Assembly (NCBI GenBank): GCA_015231405.1
Contig: JADGBR010000005.1
Span: 40,034 to 104,033 of the forward strand
DNA: 64,000 nucleotides
Direction: 5' to 3'
Origin: Candidatus Omnitrophota bacterium
Lineage (GTDB): Bacteria > Omnitrophota > Gorgyraeia > Tantalellales > Tantalellaceae
The translations under genes and the position numbers were made by a program. The first letter of the stretch is position 1; each line of letters begins with the position of its first letter. The notes under the pieces were generated by a model. It did no database searches. It was not told the DNA's origin and saw only the letters and a program-made list of their open reading frames with translations. This document shows, piece after piece, positions 21,301 to 26,088 of the stretch.

Positions 21301-23106
21301 TTCGAACCATGAAAAGTATTCCGCGCTTTCGGCTTTGCCGGTCACCCTTATCTTTTCGGCCTGGCACCTTGCGAGTTCCAGAACGGCTGTGATCATTATT
21401 TCGGGGTTTTCGTGCAGGGAGAGCCCTTTCAATTCTTCGTCGTAGACCGTCCTTTCCCCGGCCCTTATATGCGCCCTGTCTATCATCCCGGCCGCCTTTA
21501 TTGCCCAATTGGCTATGTGGACGACCCGAGACGTCATGTATGCTGCCAGTTTTATATAGATCTCGTCCTTGTTCCTGCCGTTCTGTATTAGCGCCGAGTT
21601 TACCGCGGCGAACATGATAAAAAGCTTTTCGAGGTGCGCGAGCGAGTCGTCATCGGCTTTTTCCACATGTTTACGTACCATTTCAGCGAAACGCGGCCCG
21701 ATATTCCTTGAATATACCGGTTCACCTCCTTTATTGACGCTCTCGATATCCATTTTCATCATAGCCGGTATTACCTCGGCCATCTCGTCGGGCCTCATCA
21801 TTTGAAGATCTTCGCTCGCAGCAAGAAGCCTGGCCTCGATCTTTTTGGGAGCAAGCTCAGCCAGCGCCTTCAGGACTTCGGACGCGGGAGCTTTCGGATG
21901 ATCGGCAAGAGTTACGAGCGCTTCTATAAAACGCGCCTTACCAGCGGTCTTTTTATCCTTCGCTTTCAATATAGCTTTGACGGCGCTTTCATTAAGTTCG
22001 TTCCCTCGCCGATGCTCGGGGTTATCACTTATCTCCGCGTTGACGCTTGCGAGTAAAATATCCGGGAGCATCAGTTTCTCCGATACCTCATTAATTATCC
22101 CGATAGCCTCGACTGCAAGTTCCCTTACCCAAGCTCCGTCACCGCCACGGCCTTCGCCCCCCGCATAAGCCCATTTATAAAGATCAAGAGACAACGGCTC
22201 ACGGCCGTTCTCTATCAGCTTCGCGTCTATTTCGGCGAGCACCTTGAATATTTCGTTGAAACAATAATACCCCTCGAAGAATTTGTCCGGATTATACAGA
22301 TCCCTGATATATTCCCCGACCATCTTCTGCATTTCTATAACGCCAACCGGATCGCGTTCCGTCTCGATCAAGGCATAGTTTATTTTTTTAAGTGTCTCAA
22401 TGGCCATCGATCTCACCGTATCAACGTCCGTTAGCTTTTCCACAAAAATATCGAGAGACACATCCTCTTTTTTTCTTATGAGCGCCGCTACCATAAGGCC
22501 GAGGTCCCTTACTCCGTTAAAACGCACATCGCTGGAAGGATCGTAAAGATTAAGCCATTTTTTGTATAAAGTCTCTCTAACTCCAGAAATGAGACGGGGC
22601 ATAGCACCGTTATCCGCTTCAAGAGGCTCGGACAGTGATACTGCATCACCCGATACGGGCGCTCCGACACTTTTCCCTTTGGGCCGTATGGTAATATTTT
22701 CGCCGTTAGGGCTAATGACCACCTCGTGCCACCTGAGCGGATCTCTATGTTCAACGTCCAGTTTTGAGTAGATCGCAATGGGTATTACGAGGGAATCATC
22801 AGTGTCATATCTCTTTGCATCCCAATGAAAACCAACCACTTCGGATCTATTTGGAGCGATCTCAGGGTCGAACCCTTTCCGCCCTGCGAGCCCTTCCAAT
22901 TTCCTGCCATCCATGAATTCAAGTATCTTACCGACGACGAAAACATAGCTTTCCTCGCTGGGATCGTCGAAATTAGTCCAAACGGCAAGGGAATTTACCT
23001 CATTCCTATTTTTCAACACCCCCGGATCCGCCCAAACAATATCCTCAGCCACGAAAGTGACGAGTACTATTGAGGATATGATCTTAACTATAAGTTTTTT
23101 CATCAT
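376..23106 (-). CDS. Giant (7,576 aa) multidomain protein: signal peptide, helical/HEAT-like region, GNAT-like, trypsin-fold protease, glycerol-1-P-dehydrogenase-like, 2x SAM-methyltransferase-like, Cys-His-Asp hydrolase, TM cluster, kinase-like, HAD, M23 peptidase, GH13 glycosidase, CheB-like, second HAD, C-terminal domain
   Basis: Uninterrupted 22.7-kb ORF; N-terminal MMKKLIVKIISSIVLVTFVAEDIVWA; motifs YGGDLQGV/DGVFNH/GWRLDV/GTHD/YYGDEIG (GH13), HEGID..HLHFE (M23), ADIDDTL and SDFDG (HAD), GLGSVTDWAK/GSEH/LHGE (G1PDH-like), IGGS..EH..GLGYDG (CheB). Confidence 0.93.
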   Translation of the reverse strand: MMKKLIVKIISSIVLVTFVAEDIVWADPGVLKNRNEVNSLAVWTNFDDPSEESYVFVVGKILEFMDGRKLEGLAGRKGFDPEIAPNRSEVVGFHWDAKRYDTDDSLVIPIAIYSKLDVEHRDPLRWHEVVISPNGENITIRPKGKSVGAPVSGDAVSLSEPLEADNGAMPRLISGVRETLYKKWLNLYDPSSDVRFNGVRDLGLMVAALIRKKEDVSLDIFVEKLTDVDTVRSMAIETLKKINYALIETERDPVGVIEMQKMVGEYIRDLYNPDKFFEGYYCFNEIFKVLAEIDAKLIENGREPLSLDLYKWAYAGGEGRGGDGAWVRELAVEAIGIINEVSEKLMLPDILLASVNAEISDNPEHRRGNELNESAVKAILKAKDKKTAGKARFIEALVTLADHPKAPASEVLKALAELAPKKIEARLLAASEDLQMMRPDEMAEVIPAMMKMDIESVNKGGEPVYSRNIGPRFAEMVRKHVEKADDDSLAHLEKLFIMFAAVNSALIQNGRNKDEIYIKLAAYMTSRVVHIANWAIKAAGMIDRAHIRAGERTVYDEELKGLSLHENPEIMITAVLELARCQAEKIRVTGKAESAEYFSWFEKNLETEDAKYRGWMAENYKIRLKESAWISGLFSMNKALIEQGLPERVGSFYKALENMRGEHPNRGDFYDSLSELCADLLEKGKRPLHLLAPEYEYEKDFSYRGNGRLMARVIGAEGFSFGDAGAKVVKFFIKHGLPMDDRILMEKCLEYASADEYLRGLEAKAWKAMNDGFDIKNDSDNFYAYLGAKLAGVSMTKGEYDTHMAPVRDITYGAPDGSNFKDIFNKRNKLKPLEVGASGVRELNTSEVSSRTIETHVSRLMDLKRKVDDLSILSEYFPGHKRLSVRNLYYLFKYEEAGKIQGDGKRAYVTEAMKSRSEEDMREELMANKEFVYRAAYELAARRIVDPALKDKCLVVMRDVVIAAVLERPGILDMITRGQGEDISEKMQYLKVLYEDNARDALETLGNGLGGGAEVKAELLALSEVFYKEYEKAKFVDTVVKHTFDLIPVGFLGTFQGRAGIDDCSFDMDKGLGFMRAYQEDALGYFVYRKGQLVGWIGLVWGKNDKGEKVLTVDTIESPVFDGEELILNFLKEMHKYALAEGGIGIAMPRDLWNSYNFSNHNTIGNSRPYREGDSIKITPLHGDSWNYFTKKFGRVGTDKFISHSMDSGEFVLLNMDEDPPQNFSAYADGKRKARRLLEEKKDWMHEAGHILEVLDRKEDQFWWQFMEWGVTLKTITQPKLGIKGFLNGYKDLGYASRWSLGFHSGHQNYMGDILPYSSYLLEGIESLSGVRWVLENMKKVPWNMMDERDRINRDLEILGFMEGILEALEKTADPEEAEETSETFEGGITRDEMLERLITLEDHELESPEVYQGTILATVEIEHRQEVYVLSVGHGAKVGQKVKASFHGREICGEIVKYVHSKNKDLSLIKLYPENPIRHFDILPIAGTDELPYTSEPGETERGDAVVVLAEYEEAARDIARAAKTIRAVDTEAEITRWVGDRHETIIIYNPACNRWGSCGVPVYVRGKLIGVFNSGDDEQDGVGLGYAGTSDAVTEFLSATEYAEVDTSLAGEAQKERDLAKFRECAHLVTFRDLMREGRDGRCEEPMYSDDQVERVKAILGKNNIKESDAYRSVLSAPGIDHRVKLELHDILIDEYIAGFYAAGAEAAGKRHFRYDDRETLSKIKDFFTDVLGRADIWGILLGYIEEGKVNVLEADHGLPPLFDAHASATYGINISASCRDDRRGAAIVHEAMSLAGSTDDAFNLRVEAAYAAGHTEGNAEIMGIKNELSEKGLTSGEGYAPGNATRDTRRERMAARYEELLKPYDDVKAEARRRRYPGEKEMYAPEVETGANAAEKYLKGLLRGGSEKRFIVVTSPLVRAQMEKWVFPGKDELLSRAMDVEDVNFRHIDKERFGEGSYFDKAEEIAKGSYPGTEGSGHNYPELVVGIGLGSVTDWAKLIGKKFSADVVIIPSALSTNAPFTGNAIIRDEDRDGGNYTLYSAATYAPRKVVVDPDFISLNPRGNTAGAGGLMSGWVALNDWRLALSEGEREDEAVRRKTEELLRDLVKSAPAIRSGGKEGLKAITYLNARSAALITEFGSERPRTGSEHILAETLEKLTRGRKILHGEMIGITTLIMSYIYTRMRSDVIQPEDLFAIARNAGVETDLGKIGLTREDLITALEGTRPKKGWYSFFDLTKVERKTAEEIVNKLFPDMSEGEKEVEGYLAPGHSITPDEFENALLVIFGVEEDQITRGTARYLEEEYPYTMFQSENNNKGPVYFRAGEIFAVNYGLKPWDENEKAMGKGSGGKMPGMRRKELLDRLLARYPYAIRMFEEATKYGEGGWWPYTYHPRTPEGYYYLAGAVGQLIALQANREIIRGRTYIDALSRNGIMANAALLLGAKDVVVIENDRQDIDTKNVSSPADSTVLPATMDLIGLNLALNGNGNKARVYYASVRHITEETFNEAVLSYSLRHFAMGYYDASTTEIVEAMRSDPKFFFGDWVPESERGKGLLASKRESLIKDIREKFSGIRWIIASGGSEPDSLGDIGETRKLIHDAFTLGMKAEGMVDIRHGWGYSYAKHGWEHINIYPTLVFRVADTDKLVDRPEADVEWLAHSKSEREAFFSKDQDVLLGRIRLRGMLGGLLRKVHKDDIDIEELSSALNSGSEWVFSEVLEELSEALYAPETLYPLPPYDELNYEANYNLATVLANTFPGHVVALARADVKDLGGNRHGRYMVKIDDDICIDLVYGEIEPEYKDRVLVISKKDLGPERDRIVAVFKPGNVENTVASSRSPVIGPTLIMLGIIVLSSAISAFCMVVPGGPAVICSAMANYLPQVSIALIAGAVLWIQRGGKTSEAPRPKRKNVDPGVIDAERVLDECEKIAPVFFEAFRKIYPADPGSCEGGAYTMAHVLAGRLGLAMDGVSPNRVEMEMVLRPGTGELPESRKKGTGHVVTVVWLGGKKAVFIDMTHGQFDPKYFNKMVSGRYDDSMKYLGLMNIAEGDDHFKNTAPAAGHTGDRAARDIAFARKTGVGGYMGYSGLPEQNWGIFTSDRRKRNCAVCETTEEKTKSLPGRILSAIEKTAPIPGEARNARGPVIGPMMIGMVFMVWLKKLADRSARAKHKKNRHGYGMSLRGFFINAVVTAVELGSFVLAVIQLKKWLASEKREKPPVIRTGGSFRRGGVTRLDLLNGIVLTVILTVALSLSYNYSPELFEKAAIGIGFILTAFPAAGLIMRMRDDPDSAVRVLRKLKPAAIPALALLMVPNTYLLVMGIGAIGFLMAWVIMSSYLGKNSLAGYIPGKIKRSSAIPFFHKVYGIEHQDGPLPTGGGYILDQLDTGVSIPGANAAMTGKASGQTGWDSEKLPGSVKYDGKQKVMTEISWMWYPEDRGENGPGYVVQLMLADSLDADHIPGTPLRYDIELAPYLFHGEFTRPVNAGSIELSFDELGRVLFGGTGWSASLLDGIEKAYPWLLSLLSEGCKAMAAKPVMPPVVIDPAVIDREVEAYVNGITGDGKMPTAEEFELALNLIFGLKNWETERGSVLYNGERYAFTRCSGTTRAEGPVYFRAGDMFVLNAAARSGSREPLVDLLLSKYRNVVKLYEEIAPEGHYGWFPYKAGKYISGRSYYLDSTIGQLIAMQAERKNIEGHTFIDAFSRNAVIGNAAFLLGASDVVCIENDPQAVDTRELGTRRSDKDFPQKTDLVTANLIINGNLERSRIYNTTIRNVPEREYKNAILAFSFEKFGYGYLETSYSEYLAAEKEQPERLRKYGDWLDETPRGKAIMATKRESLIGDIRRTFPGVNVIIASGGVEARKIDNYGITNKIIREAASLGMKLRELLEMNIDDEIWDDGSLIERKQQLVMPTLVFRPMTFNEKWAYSLETAKREWRDLLAIIGFLPKHKNTAWKDSKWGYLRDRVTRPLALIGVWAAMGLTVSAGIYVSSFGFILGYWAGLAIVMGGTYASVRFARYYVNTRGHAIYDTLAALMPGLFSPLMMEDETGAAADPRVPVEELISRIKRAFDAGEDWRRKAEAIELTLKRLAGDGEGQGQAAREWDKKHREFVRLTRALSPILNGDIKGSGRVIYVDDFSEWRYVMAGFNGGEGAVFLGCSFSPVQMMAMLSMLESRTKGIEGDGHYLTLKDKLIIAAVMGYPMAAFVYRPVDNGHIVYHEAIEAAITARGERMDVTEGYTSESVSVAEISRIVNGSDDAREETKELKESFIAYMSALRAYPGDNLNSEFFSWLAAVARYPDAEEHIKAYKPTSDAEAKFLAEREKNDIGRRMDEATRRFVAAVVKYPELRELIRDYYAKLINDVPEMADLLAVPAIFGRVVASEIKMEDVLCMAMMELLRRKYDAYTETTIKAVMEKYDGNTAAETIYSFLSFIWGVKSEKLIDLGHSDGVEYTHINVEDASAAMELIGEKFRDELREIVIRAADYIDTESLGTHLDRILLVVLEFAVSLSNGAPEALLSKLEDSSVAFSPSLFGKEWRGVIWKKAYRDALTGYGWNSYAVMKEFMRGDTQYELFIGKTIGDVVDDLASSNDDARSFAALEALEQKFMDLAETRQMRGIGELPESTYSLESMLIPAETSMKLAGALKKCILSEAHPFVSRTAMRLYYSIEEIQMPDKDKMFMALCRRVLPGIKDAPGRCRAARNIAEGCPGHYALYDDFINVLLGVVSRGRKIERGLNELAQNLRGRGARLLPAEKALAEFVITGVDLADLDGKASDENVTARELIALVVEAHKNGHDWRTAALRIEDELKRLAGTTPSAGGRKKRITEKYRDFAKLARDAIPILSGDKTPGSGGMAEGGGTDILTVQRFIGEGDMVSLAAQITRGMQGLPDAAARIEIDAIVRKLSRDLGEKLRAELIPYGGTPGSHEGRLALLALERLDHVVYIGDNSALDLSMKVKGGAVREPVKGGAYDKDIIRAKLAEISASSGLNITKDISSKDEAMEAVFGDDGTIYDFLKTATLCRNACPYDLTRYDTRPPLQFALEEGLYIRIGKDLFMTPVSESFRRHIVFTRNGDGTIGSAFEALIPGDNPARLDTACDKRSGIIDRIRGIYPLRGYIVPWKQKIYLTPGTYELYGVPLEFPESEIKNRGLVLYDYEEDGKRLSNVTPEAIAAIAARFGVTVRRVEEEIFSQLAEITAAIHNIKLLAHWVDKDGATQNEYGLHNFRLIVTERGIRLTLPGDVTSFQALGLIRSLASGEARFTDVKQLIPSDKRTVPPLARFIRALLPGEQQGIFLERYKEFNRTAELIREVSSIRSPWVFRDILTTKEIVILSADEKVTVFRYPLDGRGGYAVGIRNMSDSTIEGITPVELHTMGIDPGKEFELFDRSSYDVIKFMPGINVFSKGDALGRPEGSIYYKLAPREVHVFEIWPERGVLTEPAKTGTVSAGSPALKVEDVRVKVLGAGSNPGLSMPSDIPMDINAVHKVLAEGDNARKIAELARSLRLVCPHYPPIGDERTPLEYALNEGLVVKLGGTDYIKLGLSPLGARGDEFIFYAREMDGRLKFACNIRIPEGDVTKDRIGISEIDIKNDPVTGAYAGEGLYEPADRAQALKDRLARIMGSGKTPVISADIDDTLLKFGADMNDEVLGAVERYVEKGGVLVFNTKGDNEWFYKRFYEIMRGYFAERGKLHLLSNIPVILCGGKQAFIYDVLSDSYKVVFESWGLQKSEGLLRLIDHLGRDKHELLALYGDQLWEYWNDGNAVGTEGIDIIVNVGENRYHGIPGWQNFFNTNFAGPQATLGDIEMFTEQLEGHGVPVLPIDTKDLPGFKRFVFRKGTGYGSRWNWRSGREGASYQDSWPDHEGIDFYEYQNEAGETNPVKVGTSVRAVLPGRVFIGQKSAGTSFNSVVIDHGKGKVSLYRHVYSKLNSGEEVKQGDIIGEIASEACPHLHFEILEGIDLSSSAIWEWAQKNFDKTRTETEGLLAGGFDINEIIRFEYYERYREDLSINPFTVFSQLKEVASVADDDTITQAPSPKLHLSVVALAKADAPCLAGRQACPPEDTEYYDPFTDGHQIWAYEGIPAGIAVSGPNPEKLPKGFVWSGTLLPDEKSWANVHYTAIRELPDGRWGAPLSEGATIFRIFWTGGDDASGGKTAGHYEPGEPFRVKYIKADIHYYLNKLRGVQPPKPVPSELAARPAVIDARVALAAPEPALESSPFGEFAGEVGYQIMVDRFKKSLGNNKPRDKIPAGHGRIYSIGPVSWDKPWYELTDFEKKWAESHGQHPDSILWTREYGGDLQGVIDELDYLKDMGIGFIYFNPVFWADTHHKYNAKTLHHIDPWFGPDPEGDMRLIETEDPLDPNKWVWTSADKLFMRLISEAHEKGIKVVLDGVFNHTGNQFFALQDIIEKTKRGEPSPFFDWYKWWRNDDGSFGWEGWWGDVDALPELRRDNEGNYPRGYVEYVNNILKRWMIPGTVDGKAARGIDGWRLDVECQLHPKFRKQLYGMMKAIDPEAIVISEPDWGNTYEQMNEGTSDSTMNYPFLWASARLFIDGLKPSTFVRAIEGLAGLYPARLRDTIFNSLGTHDTERIATARLEPNPPKERVDHMAYGDYARVRNHSGYENGQVVLDGSYKLEAGPDEIDAARKVSKQLATYLLTAPGMPVIYYGDEIGLPGDNDPGCRRPMLWEETAAGKPDIELREHYRKMARLRNETPSLKYGSFEIVSADDERRLVVMLRRYKGENAFIFFNTSEVDQDISFLPGEGYAGASITDRVSGLAHNIRDGKLEFKIHAKGSAVFVMKKGKEAPAMNAAEQESATVKTGEIGNIIAIGGSRYGYQALEEIIKRLPADHPPVVAAEHLDHFAKLAGGDFARFIRESGRNIVLADNEYFGDSRTKDIILEKGMAVIAKFVYVLRDSEGWTVARVFRDETDCHQFEEAGAIDVLYSSAAELFRDKVIIIQTSGLGYDGVLGAEKAASAGAEIITQKVDPDGPFAGAGKMPSKVLEAVPGARNLPLEEIAGAVMGLVSEGVGIRAVAYEEVLGDALRLAGVDGVFSDFDGVDRDRDDRVASDDTIQARAGMSMNGVLNFTVTGLPWDDFMIRMGGIERASAIGADTPYRILTNTGADGRLLRKDGRTGDIEGFVRSVIGGDGAVEEVRKAAKKALLETIMAESIDNKRADHIRIKAEKGGVTIYLEDEVDLKPKRFDMARRLRVVIDELKRSGKISSSVEVVTSSGGVDVIAITKGASVMRMIKQFGLKRVVILADSVGTAKDPGNDRSMLALTRDDLRAAGIDWDVDLIKIYTGHEEGAEMPEGVIIAPRMAKESQPAITLYRAVSEAKENAEKKTGIEDLVADCVGDIRKEEELAWSLQSAFMRFTRRVGSEKMLIVAIEDGVTEKGFDKERFEKIVNEWKDSVVKLEGGDVEKKNMRRFLDNIVLTFFTDKADLEVKLDENGVSGKDMEGNYIFVYTGDASNASSYRGMGADVRPVMIRQNEKEKAFYPGYYYPLAEIVALSLNKELLNVDVNTFMAGLEKRGINLEELGIDDISNDPELGFMVFTILPKIERSPGGGKADRFEKFLRFMRSV
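4958..5039. repeat. In-frame composite repeat inside giant gene 1: two REP-like palindromes plus a TGGGGCT heptamer run
   Basis: gcctgcctgccggcaaggcagg (4958-4979), tccgccttcgccaaggctacgacggacagg (4985-5014), tggagct-tggggct-tggggct-tggg (5015-5039); translated as QAPSPKLHLSVVALAKADAPCLAGRQA. Confidence 0.8.
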
Positions 23107-23159
23107 TTTTAGGAAGCTGTTAAAAGCATCTTGCTGCTTACTTTATTATTAGTTTACAT

Positions 23160-23188
23160 ATTATACTAATAAAGGCTTTAATTTACAA
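23160..23188 (-). promoter_or_regulatory. Sigma70-type promoter for giant gene 1
   Basis: Minus strand TTGTAA-17 nt-TATAAT, about 55 nt upstream of the ATG. Confidence 0.65.
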
Positions 23189-23275
23189 CTTTATTGTATC
23201 TTAACAAGTTTGAGCAACCCTTTGATTGTAAAATGATGTAATAGTTCAGTTGTGGGAGCGATAAAGGTACCCCGA

Positions 23276-23314
23276 CGTCATTGCGGGAAGGCCCGCAGGC
23301 CGACGAAGCAATCC
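23276..23314 (+). repeat. REP-like element, left arm (GTCATTGCG...GAAGCAATC family)
   Basis: cgtcattgcgggaaggcccgcaggccgacgaagcaatcc; close to the reverse complement of 42702-42739. Confidence 0.8.
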
Positions 23315-23386
23315 CTACAAAAATATCCTAATACTTGCGAATTGAAATATCTATGATATACTCCGAGCAAAAAGATAGCATATCTT

Positions 23387-24603
23387 TTGACCGGTTGTAA
23401 GGACTGTAATCAATATGAAAAAGAGCTGAAGGAGTTAAAAGACCGGTATGCATTAATGGAGTATGAGCTAAAAAGCCTTAAATCAGAATTTTTCAAAAGG
23501 TCCCGCAAGAAAAAAGAGATTGATAAAGATCAGCCAAAGCCCCCGCCCAAAAAGTCCGGGAACGACGAAAAAAGATTAATCGAATAGTCGAAGTGCGTCC
23601 TTCAAAATGTCCCTACTGTGGAGGTACGGATATTACTGAACGCCAAGACACTAAAGATCATTATCAAAAAGACATTATTTTGCCTGAAGCGCAAGCCACC
23701 TTGTTCCGGAAACACAGATATTACTGCAATAGCTGCAGAAAGACGGTTATGGGAAAAGATGCCGATGAAATACCCAAAAGCAAAATAGGTCCGGTAGCCA
23801 AATCGTGGGCGACATTCCTAAAATACGGGATCAAGATATCGGATAGGGACGTCGCGAATATCCTTAAGATGCTAAGTTTAAAGGTAGTTCCCTCGTCGAT
23901 AGTCGGGTTCAGAGCTCAACTGAAGAAAGAGGCTTTGCCGATATACGAATTGTTAATAGCCTCATTGAAACGCGGCAAATTCATACATTTCGATGAAACC
24001 GGCGCAAAGATAAATGGAGAGGATGCGTGGTGTTGGAAGGCATCGAACAAGACGGTATGTATAACGCATACTGACCGGAGCCGAGGGCAAAGAGTCGTGG
24101 AAGAGATCCTTGGTCCGGAGTATGATGGCGTGCTGATAAGCGACTTTTTATCGGCGTATAACAAGATCAAAACGAAGGCCAAGCAGAAGTGTCTTGTACA
24201 TATTCTCAGGGATCTCAAGAAAGTGCTTGAATACTGGCGGGAAGAGGACGATGAGGTCATTAGGTATTGCGGTAGATTGAAAAGCATATTTGAGAACGCT
24301 ATTAAGCTGTATAAGGAATATCTGGACAAGAAGTGGGATAGAAAGTATTACACCAGGCGCAGGCTGATAACCGAGAGTCTTAAAGATTTCGCGTTCCCGA
24401 ACCCGGATAAGAAAATATTAAATAGATTCGCTAAAAGACTGGAAAAACACAATGTTAAGAAACTGGTTTATTATGAAATAGCGGACAGCATCGAAGACGC
24501 GATTGAGAGAGAAAAACAGATCAAAGCCGGTTCCCGCAAGAAGAAGATAGCTCTTATTGAATCGATGAACCCTACCTATAAAGACCTGTATTTTGAAATT
24601 TAG
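23387..24603 (+). pseudogene. IS66-family transposase remnant (frameshifted near 23560, C-terminally truncated) fused in frame to the C-terminal half of a GIY-YIG nuclease
   Basis: Coiled-coil N-terminus, CPYCG..CNSC zinc finger, HFDETG, LISDFLSAY, QKCLVHILRDL (IS66); from 24451 NVKKLVYYE..AIEREKQIKAGSRKKKIALIESMNPTYKDL (small GIY-YIG family tail); the IS66 NNxAER motif is absent. Confidence 0.85.
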
Positions 24604-24613
24604 GTTATTTGTT

Positions 24614-24648
24614 GAGATCGCTTCGTCGCTTCGCTCCTCGCGATGACG
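24614..24648 (-). repeat. REP-like element, right arm (inverted relative to 23276-23314)
   Basis: gagatcgcttcgtcgcttcgctcctcgcgatgacg; reverse complement cgtcatcgcgaggagcgaagcgacgaagcgatctc. Confidence 0.8.
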
Positions 24649-24728
24649 GTGTTGCGTTCCATAACTGAACTATTACAAGAAAAGACAGGATTCACATTTC
24701 AAGGGTTGACACAAAGACTTTTTTATAT

Positions 24729-25538
24729 TTACAGGACCACTATGGATAGGGAATTGGCGTCGGCCAACTGTACTGCGGCTTGTTTTTGTAGGAAGAACAT
24801 CTTGCCGGACTCGATCGCCAGGCATTTAAATTTATTGTCGATGAGCCGGGTTATAGTTTCCATCCCTATGGTGGGGACGTCCCATCTCATGTCCTGCTGC
24901 GGCCGGCCGGCCTTGATCATCACGCAACCGGCCCCGGCTATTTTTCCGGCCCTCTCGATAACTGCGTTAGTGCCCTCGGCGGCTTCGACTCCTATGACTA
25001 CGCCGTCCCGGACTATCACGGTCTGCCCTATATCGTGGCCGGCTATTTCTTTGGCGATACGGAACCCGTAGGCAATATCCTTGTCCATCGTCCCTGAGGG
25101 GTTGACATTGCCGAGAACCCCGGGCACCGGGATAAGATGCCCCAAATACTCCGAAGGGTCTACGACTTGTACCCCTACCTTTTTAAGTTTTTCCGTAACC
25201 TCGCGAAGTATCGAATAATCCCTTTTATTTACGGATCTTGCGAGTATCTCACCGGACTCTTCGTCATATTTTCCATGGCTGCCGTATATCAACCCGCGGG
25301 ATATGGCTCCAAGGAGAGCTATATGCCTGAGCTGCTCCTTGAGCATGAAAAACATCACCTTAGCGAACTCGCCGAAGTTGAGCCAGTAGACCTTGTCTGC
25401 TTCCTTCTCGATGTCCGGCGAGGTCACCCCGTTGACGGCAAAAACCGGTACCTGTATGCCGCGGCTTTTAACAGCACGTATAAACTCAAGCGGCAACTCA
25501 CCCGCCCCCGCAGCTAATCCTATTTTTTTTATTTCCAT
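24729..25538 (-). CDS. lpxI: UDP-2,3-diacylglucosamine pyrophosphatase LpxI
   Basis: IGLAAGAGELP, DIGQTVIV, VEAAEGT, QDMRWDVPTIG motifs; start moved to MEIKK (25538) because the upstream extension is repeat-derived. Confidence 0.9.
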   Translation of the reverse strand: MEIKKIGLAAGAGELPLEFIRAVKSRGIQVPVFAVNGVTSPDIEKEADKVYWLNFGEFAKVMFFMLKEQLRHIALLGAISRGLIYGSHGKYDEESGEILARSVNKRDYSILREVTEKLKKVGVQVVDPSEYLGHLIPVPGVLGNVNPSGTMDKDIAYGFRIAKEIAGHDIGQTVIVRDGVVIGVEAAEGTNAVIERAGKIAGAGCVMIKAGRPQQDMRWDVPTIGMETITRLIDNKFKCLAIESGKMFFLQKQAAVQLADANSLSIVVL

Positions 25539-25545
25539 ATTCCTT

Positions 25546-25608
25546 CGTTGTTCGTTGCCGGTTGTTTGTTGCCGGTTAACAGGCACCGGGCAACTGACAA
25601 CCGACCAC
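25546..25608. repeat. Inverted heptamer array (GTTGYC / GRCAAC family)
   Basis: cgttgtt cgttgcc ggttgtt tgttgcc ggttaac aggcacc gggcaac tgacaac cgaccac. Confidence 0.8.
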
Positions 25609-25621
25609 AAACTTGTTATCC

Positions 25622-26071
25622 CTACTTCTTGTCTACCACGCTAAACATGAGCTCTCCCTCGCAGATCACCTGCCCGTTCACCCGGACCTCACCCTTTGTT
25701 TTCACGATATTAGATCGGACGATTTTCAGGACTTCAACATAAAGCTCGAGCTGGTCTCCGGGAACAGCGGGTTTTCTGAACTTGACCTGGTCTATCGTCA
25801 TGAAAAAAGCAAGCTTTTCCCCGGTCCTCCCTTCCGAAACTATCGCGAGGATACCCCCAGCCTGAGCAAGCGCCTCTATCATAAGCACCCCCGGCATTAT
25901 AGGCTCGCCGGGGAAATGCCCCATAAAATGCGGCTCGTTAATCGTCACGTTCTTTATCGCCTTTATCCATTTCCCCGCCTCGTAATCTATGACCCTGTCT
26001 ACGAGAAGAAAGGGATACCTGTGCGGTATGCATGCCATTATCTGTTTTATGTCCAGTGTCTTTTCGCTCAT
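25622..26071 (-). CDS. fabZ: 3-hydroxyacyl-ACP dehydratase FabZ
   Basis: IPHRYPFLLVDRV, KNVTINEPHFMGHFP, MPGVLMIEALAQ. Confidence 0.97.
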   Translation of the reverse strand: MSEKTLDIKQIMACIPHRYPFLLVDRVIDYEAGKWIKAIKNVTINEPHFMGHFPGEPIMPGVLMIEALAQAGGILAIVSEGRTGEKLAFFMTIDQVKFRKPAVPGDQLELYVEVLKIVRSNIVKTKGEVRVNGQVICEGELMFSVVDKK

Positions 26072-26088
26072 TTTGTCCCCCTTGTGAC

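Noticed and set aside
349-23073. Dozens of plus-strand and alternate-frame ORFs overlapping giant gene 1
   Set aside because: Antisense shadows of a long coding frame; no motifs or start context
23560-23600. Programmed -1 frameshift joining the two IS66 ORFs at cgaaaaaag
   Set aside because: The A6G run is not in the canonical A-AAA-AAG phase of the upstream frame, and the usual GHxG linker is missing; a deletion is more likely
25539-25610. N-terminal extension of LpxI (MWSVVSCPVPVNRQQTT...)
   Set aside because: It is the translation of the heptamer palindrome; family similarity starts at MEIKK
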